64,000 bases of DNA from Lobosporangium transversale (lineage: Eukaryota): NCBI RefSeq assembly GCF_002105155.1, contig NW_019029016.1, positions 248,001 to 312,000 on the forward strand, written 5' to 3'. The notes beneath the pieces are model-generated. The model made no database searches. It was not told the origin of the DNA and saw nothing but the letters and a program-made list of their open reading frames with translations. The number at the start of each line of letters is the position of its first letter. Position 1 is the stretch's first letter. This document shows, piece after piece, positions 55,104-64,000 of the stretch. The position numbers were made by a program, and so were the translations under genes.

Positions 55104-55403
55104 TGTAATTAAAAATAAAGTAATAAAGGTTGATAATATATGTCTGAGGGAGCAAAGGAAGTAAAGGAAACGGAGACAGTGAAGGGAATGAAAGCATTGA
55201 AGGGAATGAAAGCATTGAAGGGAATGAAAGCAGTGAATCAAGAAGAAAAAAAAGGGAAGCGAAATGAACATGAAGAAAAAAAGAGGAGGTGAAAAAAGCA
55301 CACGACCAAGCAACAGATCACATCAATGATCATCAGAACAAAAAAGGAAACCATCGATCAGTAAAATCTTTTTTTTCATACACCATCACATACATTTAAA
55401 AAG

Positions 55404-56001
55404 CCCATGTCTTCACAGACTGGGGCCTGGGGCCTCATCTTTGCATCATTCGAGAGGGAATCTCATGCTCTTACAGCTACTTTGCGCATTTGAAAAAAAA
55501 AAAAAATAATCTCGCGACCCGTCACTTTGGAGAGCAATAACTCATCAAAACTGATGCTGGGGGCCTGGTTCTTGCATCAATCGAAATGAAATACCGCGCT
55601 CTACCGATCAGCCAAATTTTGTAAAATAGGACAAGGTCCGCACGGTCTCTCGTCCATATCTCATGATAAAACCAGAGCGTTCAGTATCCGCAATTCCAGC
55701 AACGGACAAAAATGGAAACACAAAAAAGATCAAAAAAGGCATCAGAAAAACCAAAAAAGGCGTCAAAAAAGGAAACACAGCAAAAAAAAAAAAAAGCACA
55801 ATCCTTAATAAGGCAATCGATATTTTTTTTCAGCCCATAACTTTTCAGAAGATTTTTTTTTGATTGAGCACTAAAACAGGGTTTTCTCCATAATGCTATA
55901 GGTAGATCTTTCTGAAATTTGAGTAGCTGTGAGAGCTTTTGATTACCTTCCGAATGATACTCGGATAAGGCCCCAGGCCCCAGTATTGGTGAAGATATGG
56001 G
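55404..56001. repeat. Imperfect ~80-bp inverted repeats (55404-55481 and 55921-56001) plus a partial third copy near 55558-55605
   Basis: CCCATRTCTTCAC..CTGGGGCCTGGGGCCT..ATCATTCG..CAGCTACT present on both strands. Confidence 0.8.
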
Positions 56002-56003
56002 TC

Positions 56004-57503
56004 TTTATCCTCGTAGCCATGGTCCATATGTGTGTGACCTCTTTTATTCCTTCTGACCGAGAAAACTAAAATAAAATAAATAAATCTAGCGTTCGCTCTG
56101 ATCTACTCTCTATCTTCTTTTTTCTCGCTCAGGAACACATCCAGCGTATTGAAGTTCCAAATGAGCGAGTATGACACTTCTGATCCAATTATACACTCTC
56201 TCCAGAGCCAGCTGGCTACACTCACCAGCCGGCTTGAAGCTCTCTCGACTAGCTCTGAATCCAGTCGATCGAACCCCTACTTGGTTCCAAAAGAACCAGC
56301 TTACGAAATTACACCTGACGACTCCCCAGCAATGGACGGGAAAGATTTTTTCAAACATAAATCTGGAAACCGTGCAGACGATCTTGCATATGCAACAGAA
56401 ATGGCTAAAGAGATGCAGTCTTTTGCCAAAAACACAACCCAAACCTATTCTGCACCCAAATCGGCACTCATTGACTGGCCCGACTCTTCCTCTCACCACA
56501 GTTCCATGGACAAAACAATCTCACGCTATCAATCACGATTGGCAAACCTTACAAGACCACTTGATCAATTTGCCACGGAAATGTTTTCCTACGAAGTTGA
56601 CCCTGCGGTCGCACAAGCGTGTTTACAGCTCGCACAGACAATGCGTGAACATATTGCACACCTGGCACAGCAAATGTCAAGCGACAGAGAGGACCTTGTT
56701 TACCAAGCGCACAAAATTTCAGTCACCAAGGACACAGTTGATCCACCAATTGTCTCTACTTCAGACTTCATTGAAGCCAGCAAATTGGCAAAGAGTGTTC
56801 GTCAGGCTACTAACCCGACAAGACAACGGGCATACAACAGGAGGACTCAAAACCGGAGTTTCTTTAGCGCAAATACTTACAGACCCATTTCTAATTCTAG
56901 CCAATCTCATCCATCGGGTCAAACTCAGACCGCCCACTATCAAAATGACAATGGTTCTTTTTTTGGGCAAGGCCGAAATCCAAGGAGAGGGGGACGAGGC
57001 CGAGGCCGAGGCTACCAAACCCCTCAATCCAACCAGACAAGTCAGGCACAGACTGCAGGCCAGCAGTAGGTGGCCGTTTACAGATTTACAGAGAAGCATG
57101 GGCTCTCATAACCGACAACGAATGGGTCAAGTCGGTCGTCTCCGAGGGATTCAAAATCCCTTTCCACAAACGGCCACCGATATCCAGTTCAACAGCGTAC
57201 CAAGCTCGAGTAGCAGCGGAGGAAGAGAAGGCGATCGATCAAGAGGTAATCGCACTCTTAGCCAAAAGAGCAATAGAGGTCGCTTCGGGCCCTGGTTTCA
57301 AGAGCCGAATATTCACTATCCCCAAGAAAACCGGGGACATTCGTCCAGTCTTAAATCTAAGACCGTTGAATGCCTACGTCTCAGAGCGGCACTTCAAAAT
57401 GGAGACGATGACGACAGTATGCGCAATGTTACAGAAGAACGACTTTGTGACAAGCATCGACCTATCAGACGCATTTCTTCACGTACTAATCCATCCAGAT
57501 TAT
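56004..57503 (+). mobile_element. DIRS family C, 5' part (left ITR, gag, RT start), interrupted by DIRS-D and DIRS-E
   Basis: Left end TTTATCC...ATATGTGT resembles the other DIRS left ITRs. Pol reads AVGGRL...IDLSDAFLHVLIHPDY up to the break. Confidence 0.88.
56161..57069 (+). CDS. DIRS-C gag-like ORF
   Basis: ATG 56161; IDWP, LTRPLD, RG-rich tail. Confidence 0.85.
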   Translation: MSEYDTSDPIIHSLQSQLATLTSRLEALSTSSESSRSNPYLVPKEPAYEITPDDSPAMDGKDFFKHKSGNRADDLAYATEMAKEMQSFAKNTTQTYSAPKSALIDWPDSSSHHSSMDKTISRYQSRLANLTRPLDQFATEMFSYEVDPAVAQACLQLAQTMREHIAHLAQQMSSDREDLVYQAHKISVTKDTVDPPIVSTSDFIEASKLAKSVRQATNPTRQRAYNRRTQNRSFFSANTYRPISNSSQSHPSGQTQTAHYQNDNGSFFGQGRNPRRGGRGRGRGYQTPQSNQTSQAQTAGQQ

Positions 57504-57835
57504 GGATAGCGAAGACGACAAAGGAAGTCTTACGCTCATTATCCGTACCAGCGACCCTTTCCTGTGTAATCTTTCTCTTTAATAAATCTCGAGCTACAGA
57601 ACTACCCTTAAACTAAAAATAAACTTTTTTTTTTTTTTTTTTTAAATTCTCTCTGCTGGCTGATCTGGTACTACATCTTTCTTTTTCGACCGCTAAGAAT
57701 CGTATGCTCCTTGGGTGGCCGTGGGCGGGACAGGAAAGGGTCGCTGGTACGGATAATGAGCGTAAGACTTCCTTTGTCGTCTTCGCTATCCATTATCCTT
57801 CATAGTCCAGCGACCCTTTCCTGTGACTCCAGAGA

Positions 57836-59085
57836 TCAGCTAAGAATGGTTGTTGTGAAATTGCACCTGGTTCTACTTGACAACCGGTAGAAGTTCTTGT
57901 AAACCTCTTGCGAGGCCCATCGGCCCTGCATGACGATCTCATCCAGGTCGGAACCTTTGAGGGCTGCTAGTGTGGAACCAGCGGCGCGTGCCTTAGGAAT
58001 TCGAGTTTGTGATGGCATGGAAGCAAGGGACATGACACTCTTGATGTGGTTGCTTATTCGTTCCGCTCCTGTAGGTGAGTCTGGTTCGTTGACGTAGCGA
58101 ATGAGAGGGTTATATGATAGATCTGGGAGCGTTGGATGTGGCCATTTCAGATTGCGGCCAACTAATCGTCGTACATAAGTCTTCCATGTGGCAACCAGAC
58201 ATAATAGTGGGTCAAGTGTATGGATGGAAAGGAGAGAGGATGTATCTTGGTGGACTCCTTGCCTTGTCTGTTTCGGTCTTACTACGTAGACGTGTATTCC
58301 TTGTCTAGTTTCTTTACAACGTGAGAGGTCGATACGTTCGATATCGCTAGGTCGAAGAAATAAACACATGCCTAATAGCCAACACAATTTTTTGGTCAAT
58401 TCCATGGGTGAAATGGTATCGTTGTCACCTAGAGCTCGGAAGTAGTCGAGAACTGGCGTAATGTCGATATCTATATCTTTAGCAGGACAGACTTGATTGG
58501 CTTTAAGGACTTTGAAGAATTTGTTGAACGTATAGTCGTCTTCGAATACTTTTGAACCTGGGTATAGGCCTTTGAGATGTGCTCGATACGTTAAAATCGT
58601 CTGAGGTGACCAACCTTTAGCTCGTTTACCCCAAGCAAAGTAGTTGATGAGTGCTGTTGGGTTGGCCCTAGCGGGGTCAATATGGTTCCTTTGGCACCAA
58701 CTGATGTATCCTTTCTGGATATGGTTATATTTTTGACTTTTTTTAGTCTCTGAGGCCGAGTCAAGTAATACCTTTACGGCGTCCTCGTTGAGGCCTTGCT
58801 CCAAGAGACCTTGGCGCCGTCGATATTCCAGGCTAGCAAGCACCATGCCGGGTTCTTGTTCAGGATCCCCGGGTCTCGTGGCGAGGATGAGTGCACTGCT
58901 GCTCGTGTTAGATTGAGTGGCGTCGTCGTGGTCATCGCTCGGATAGTCGGGTACCATATCGCTCCTGTCCAATTGGGTGTGATCACCGTGGCTTTGAGGC
59001 GCTCTCTCTTTAGACGGTCCAGAATTTGGGGAATCAGGTTCCATGGTGGACATATGTATAATCTGCCCAAGTTCTTCCATGGTTG
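57836..59085 (-). CDS. DIRS-D tyrosine recombinase domain
   Basis: LFLRPSD, LCLV, KARAAG, GRWAS, YKNFYR. Confidence 0.88.
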
Positions 59086-60719
59086 CAGTAGCGCATTCTG
59101 CTAGGGCGGACGGGTCGTACTTCCACGACATGTATGTCGGAAGTTGAGTGTTCTTGTGAGAGGCAAATAGGTCGATCTTGTGTGGTCCCCATAGTTTGTC
59201 TATGGCTTGGAAGCATTCGGGTTTGAGGCTCCATTCTAGTTGGGTGTTTAATTGCCGGCTGGGTGGATCCGCCGGGTTGAACTCCGATGGTACGAAGGAC
59301 GTCGAAATCATTGTCCCTGTCTGTAGGCAATGTTCCCAAATCTTTTCCGCAAGTTCCATTAACTGTGGTGACTTCGTTCCTCCAAATTTGTTCACATACG
59401 CGATCGTCGTTGTGTTGTCGCAGTACAAGTGAATTCGTTTGCCTTGTAATTGAGGTAGCTTGGTGGCATACCATACTACCATCAGTTCTTTCCAATTGAT
59501 GTGTTGGCTGTGGTCCGACTGGTTCCATACTCCTAAGTAGTGATAGTTCTTGTGGACTATTCCCCAGCCCGTGTCGGACGCATCCGTGAATATCTCCTCT
59601 TGAGGGGTTTGGGTTATCCAAGTGTGGCCGTTCCATTCTCGCAAATTGGTTATCCACCACTGGAGGTCCTCCTTGGCTTTCGTCGTCAACGAAATAGATG
59701 CCGTCCATGAATTCCCTTGTCGGAGAGCTTCGTTTCTCAGCTGGGTGAGGTTCTGAGTTCTTAGTCGTGCTGGAAGGACTGCTGCTGTCATGGACAGAGC
59801 TTTGCCTATGAATGATGCTAATGCTCTCAGAGTCATTTCTCCTTTCTTTATCATCTTGGATGCCTCTCTGCGGACATCTCGGATCTTGTTCTTGGGTACC
59901 GACAGTGTCATCTTGGGCTGTCGATTGTGAATCCTAGGTGTTGGACTGTCTGTGTCGGCTTTAGATGTGATTTCGACTCCTTCACCTTGAATCCTACGGA
60001 TGCTAGTCGCTGGAGAACCATCTCGGTATGTATCTCCGACAACTGTTGTGATGAGGCTACTATCAGGATATCGTCCAGATACGCTGCTATCCTTATCCCT
60101 TTCCTTCTGGCCCATTTCAGCACTGGTTTCAGCATCTTGGTGAATACGTAAGGGGCTAACGACAGCCCGAAGGGGAGCACCCGAAACTGGTAAGTTTTCT
60201 CCTTCCATTGAAATTGAAGGAACCGGCGTGATTCGGGGTGTATTAGAATATGTAGGAAGGCATCCTCTAAGTCTATACTCGTCATGTAATCCTTTTTGTT
60301 TATCATATTGCAAACCGTCTTCATTGATTCCATTTTGAAATGAGGGGGTGAAATAAATTTGTTCAGTGGCTTTAGGTTCAATACGGGGCGTAGATCCCCC
60401 GTTTTCTTTGGAATAGTAAAGATGCGGCTCACGAACCCATGTTCTGAAGCTTCCTCTATGGCTTTCTTGGCTAATAATGCTACAATTTCTTGTTCTATCG
60501 TCTTCATTTCTTCTTTGGAGCGGACGCTGCTGTGTGTTGTTGTATTGCTGATTGGTGGTAGCGAATCGAACGGGATTTCGTATCCATTCTGAATAACTCT
60601 GCGTACCCATTTCTCGTCTGTTAATAGATTCCATGCTGTTTGGTAGAGGTGTAGTCGACCTCCTACTGGCGCCCCCTTCCTTGTCCCCTTCCCCGTGTGG
60701 AAGGGGAGCTCCGAAAAAA
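58774..60719 (-). pseudogene. DIRS-D pol (RT, RNase H, MT-like), frameshifted near 59912 and 59090
   Basis: RT with YLDD in 59908-60507. RNase H FTDAS and DLFAS lie in the 1263-aa frame. YICPPW lies in 58774-59070. Confidence 0.85.
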
Positions 60720-61646
60720 TTGGCCGCCCAAGCCGTAATTATTATTTTGCTGTGGTTGCGTTGTTTGTTGGCTTTGAGTCTGAGGGGTCGCTTGTTGATA
60801 CTGCTGTGTTTGAGTAGCTGAATTGTTTCCAAAGCGACCTTGCCTGCCTCGGTAGTCTCTACCTCGGTTAGGATTGCTGTATTTCTTGACATTTTGCGAA
60901 AGCTTGGCATGTTCAAGTAAATCGGCTGTTTCGACCAGTTGGCGTCTGGTCGATGTGTCTGGAGGAGTGATAAATTTCTTTTCCTTGTAGAATGCTTCAG
61001 TGCGGATTTTATTGATCTGCTCGCAGAGCATGGATATTTGAGTTTGGACTGTATCCAGGGTGCGGAGGATATGTAGTACTGGAACGTCCTCACCGTTTTG
61101 AGAGACAAGTGCATGCGCTGTTGCAGCGAGTGGCCTCGTAATGTGTGCTGCTTTTGTTGCCAGTGTGACCAATTTCTGATCAGCATTCTTGAGACTATCG
61201 GAAATAGCCCATTCTTTGGGGATTGCTGGAGGTGTGTATTCCATATCTTCCACTTTTGGAAATTGGCTAATATCGTAGTAACGTTGTTCCTCGTCATTAA
61301 ACTTAACTGTGTGGAATTCTTTTCGTCTCTTGAGGGAAGGCATGACCTGTTCCAAATCCTCGTAGGGTGCCAGGTAGCACAGGGGCTCCGCGCGACGCAT
61401 AAATGGGTCTTGGATTGGTGTGTCTGGCTGGTGGAACGCGCCTCCGTTCTGGGAGAACTGCGTGAGAGCACTGATAGCTTGCAGGATCTCCGGAGGGAGG
61501 GCATATCTGTTTTCTGGAAGGGAAGTGTTACTGGGTAGGGTGGATGGTGGAGCGGGGTTGCCCTCCAGGATCGAAGGACCGGGATTGCCGTCCGTAGAGT
61601 TAGAAGCAGTGTATGTGTTGTGGACATTGTTATCGTTGAAGTTCAT
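60663..61646 (-). CDS. DIRS-D gag-like ORF
   Basis: ATG 61646; FPKV, ITRPL, RG-rich tail. Confidence 0.85.
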   Translation of the reverse strand: MNFNDNNVHNTYTASNSTDGNPGPSILEGNPAPPSTLPSNTSLPENRYALPPEILQAISALTQFSQNGGAFHQPDTPIQDPFMRRAEPLCYLAPYEDLEQVMPSLKRRKEFHTVKFNDEEQRYYDISQFPKVEDMEYTPPAIPKEWAISDSLKNADQKLVTLATKAAHITRPLAATAHALVSQNGEDVPVLHILRTLDTVQTQISMLCEQINKIRTEAFYKEKKFITPPDTSTRRQLVETADLLEHAKLSQNVKKYSNPNRGRDYRGRQGRFGNNSATQTQQYQQATPQTQSQQTTQPQQNNNYGLGGQFFRSSPSTRGRGQGRGRQ

Positions 61647-61840
61647 TTTTCTATGGAGATGGACGTGTTCCGGAAGCTCGAGAAAAAGAAAGATGTAGTA
61701 CCAGATCAGCCAGCAGAGAGAATTTAAAAAAAAAAAAAAAAAAAGTTTATTTTTAGTTTAAGGGTAGTTCTGTAGCTCGAGATTTATTAAAGAGAAAGAT
61801 TACACAGGAAAGGGTCGCTGGACTATGAAGGATAATCGTC

Positions 61841-64000
61841 ATTATCCATCGAGCCAGGACCATATATGTGTTATCTTCTTTTATTGCCTAATTTAGCGAA
61901 CTTTTCAAAAAACTACCCTTAAATAAAAGAAATAAACTATATAAATCTGCTCTGCTACCAAGTTGGATCTGCATCTTCTTTTGTTTCGCCAGGAACGTAT
62001 CCGCATTCATTTTAGATCACTACTGCTACTTCCCCTTATGTCTATCACTCAAGATGAAACCATCGCTTCACTTCAACAACAACTGGCTACGTTGGCTAGC
62101 CAATTCGCTGATCTTCAGCGCTCCAAGGAGGAACAAGATCTAGCCATGGAGACCCCTACTCTCATTCAAACTTACAAGCCCACACAAGATGATCTCGAAC
62201 GCTTCCCCTTCTTGGAACCAAAAGATCCTTCTTCCGTCTTTCAACAAGACATTACCGACGAGAAGCTTTGGGAACAGTTCAGACAATTTCCAAAAACATT
62301 CATTGGCCATATGAACCTCCCAAGCTCCCTTCAGCTGTTTCTCTTAAAACCCATCAAAAACATCATGATCAACAACTTCGAGCGCTACAAAAACGGTTAC
62401 TCAACCTTACTCGCCCACTACATTTGTTCGCTCACCAAATCACTTCCATGGAAATCGATGATAAAATGGGTACCGAAGACATCGCCGACATTTGCGGCAC
62501 CTTTGTCACACTTATGCAGGAACAGATTACTGGTACGATCGGCAGGATCAACAACATGCGACTTGAAAATCTTCATGCCGCAATGGGCTCAACCTACAAG
62601 CAAACATCATTGGAACTTGTGGATCCAACTAAATTCCAGGAGGAAATTAAGACCAATAAAGCCTTACAAAATTTTTTCAGCCCCCGACAGTTTCAAACTA
62701 GCAGTAGTTCAGATAGAAAAAATAAGACAAACTCTAATTCGTCTTACAACTACAAATTTGGCAACAAAAGCAACGAAGGCCGTTATTTTTACGGGGACAA
62801 CAATTACAGACGGGGGGACAACAACTACAGGCGAGGAGACAGCAACAGCCGAAGAAAGGACAGCAGCTACCGGAGATCAGACAGCCGCCGGAGAGACCGA
62901 AGCAGCAGCCGCCGACGACAAGAGAGAAAGTCGGGGGAAGAATCACACTCTTCTTAAACGCATGGCGAAATGTTACAAAAGATCAAACACTCCTAGAGAT
63001 AGTCAAGGAAGGTTACTCTATCCCGCTCTTGAACGCACCCCCAATTTCAACATCCCATCCTCCACCTTACCCGCTATCGGAGAAGGCGACAAAGAGTGTG
63101 GACAACGAAGTGCCCGCTTTGCTAACGAAGGGTGCAATAGAATTCGCGAGTGGACCCGGATTTACAAGTCCGCTCTTCACAATCCCCAAAAAGACTGGAG
63201 ACGAAAGACCTGTCCTAAACCTGAAAGCATTAAACCAGTACTTACCTACACAACACTTCAAGATGGAGACAATCCATCAAGTATGCAATCTAATAAAGAA
63301 AAACGATTATCTTACCAGTATAGATCTGAGCGATGCATTTCTTCATGTGCCGATACACCCAGCATCACGAAAATATCTTCAATTCCAATGGAGGGAACAA
63401 CTGTACCAATTCAAGGTCCTACCATTCGGACTCTCCCTAGCACCATTGATTTTCACCAAGATACTGAAGCCTCTACTTCAATGGGCACGAACAAAAGGAA
63501 TAAGAATATCAGCTTACCTCGACGACCTGATAATCGCAGCACCGAGCAAGGAATCATCCCAACGTGCAACAGCACTAGTCTTGACAAAACTGAAAAGCCT
63601 AGGTTTCTTGACAAAGGAATCCAAGTCGAGTCTTCAACCGAAACAGATACTGGAACATCTGGGATTCGAGATAGATACAACGACGATGACCCTGAGTGTA
63701 CCGGGCAAGAAAATCCGGGACATTCGTCGAGAAGCGTCCAAACTGGCCAACAAAGGGATCTGCACAGTCCGTCAGCTATCATCCTTCATAGGCAAAGCGA
63801 GCGCAATGACAGCCGCAGTCTTTCCAGCTCGCCTCAAGGTTCAGCACTTCATGGCAGACAAGATTCATGCATTGAAAAATTGGATCCCTCATGGGAACGC
63901 TCAATATCTCTGTCAACCAAAGCAACGGAGGAACTCCTTTGGTGGAGAACACATCTCAAATCATGGAATGGGAAGACATGGATCGCAACCAACCCAGAAG
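61841..64000 (+). mobile_element. DIRS family E, 5' part, running off the window
   Basis: Left end ATTATCC. Gag 62038-62957 has a frameshift near 62295. Pol from ~62786: KVGGRI, IPKKTGDERPVLNL, IDLSDAF, LPFG, YLDD. Confidence 0.9.

Larger units (their letters stand above)
48316..56003 (-). mobile_element. Helitron2/Helentron-like rolling-circle transposon; boundaries approximate
   Basis: Spliced RepHel gene, upstream accessory ORF, small hairpin at ~48344-48366, subterminal inverted repeats at 55404-56001. Confidence 0.7.
57502..61836 (-). mobile_element. Full-length DIRS family D, with two frameshifts in pol
   Basis: Left ITR ~61682-61836, right ITR plus extension 57502-~57686, ICR ~57729-57825 giving the junction CTATCCATTATCC. 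Confidence 0.95.

Noticed and set aside
4652..57643. Many 17-30 nt poly(A)/poly(T) tracts as retrotransposed tails
   Set aside because: They sit inside introns, UTRs and ITRs without target-site duplications; they look like a genome-wide homopolymer tendency.
57836..61627. 1263-aa ORF as a novel RNase H-YR fusion protein
   Set aside because: It is a chimera created by two compensating frameshifts (~59912 and ~59090) in DIRS-D. The intact families keep RNase H in the pol frame.

Overview
This is a eukaryotic window that is almost entirely nested transposable elements. An early-diverging fungus (Mortierellaceae/Mucoromycota-like) is inferred from the gene families, the short GT-AG introns and the TE spectrum. 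It holds five distinct families of DIRS1-like tyrosine-recombinase retrotransposons (A twice, B plus rearranged partial copies, C, D, E, and one decayed fragment). There are two chromodomain Ty3/Gypsy elements; one is intact, with identical LTRs, a TSD, a PBS and a -1 frameshift signal. Also present: a complete-ended but Rep-deleted Helitron, a Helitron remnant, an intron-containing Helitron2-like RepHel element, a defective Tc1, a MULE fragment, a MITE, a solo LTR, two Crinkler-like/PD-(D/E)xK genes or pseudogenes, and a 7.3-kb palindrome with inverted-triplication architecture. Four observations stand out. (1) The DIRS families share an apparent translation layout: Gag from AUG1, a pol frame starting at a conserved U-run in the -1 frame, and a ~1240-codon YR frame opened by AUG2 in +1. 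(2) Small Ser-rich, basic accessory genes are carried by two Gypsy and two Helitron elements. (3) Two different DIRS elements are inserted 4 bp apart in the RT gene of a third. (4) The DIRS-B palindrome locus has only left-type termini. No rRNA, tRNA or CRISPR was seen. All calls come from reading the sequence and motifs; no database search was run.
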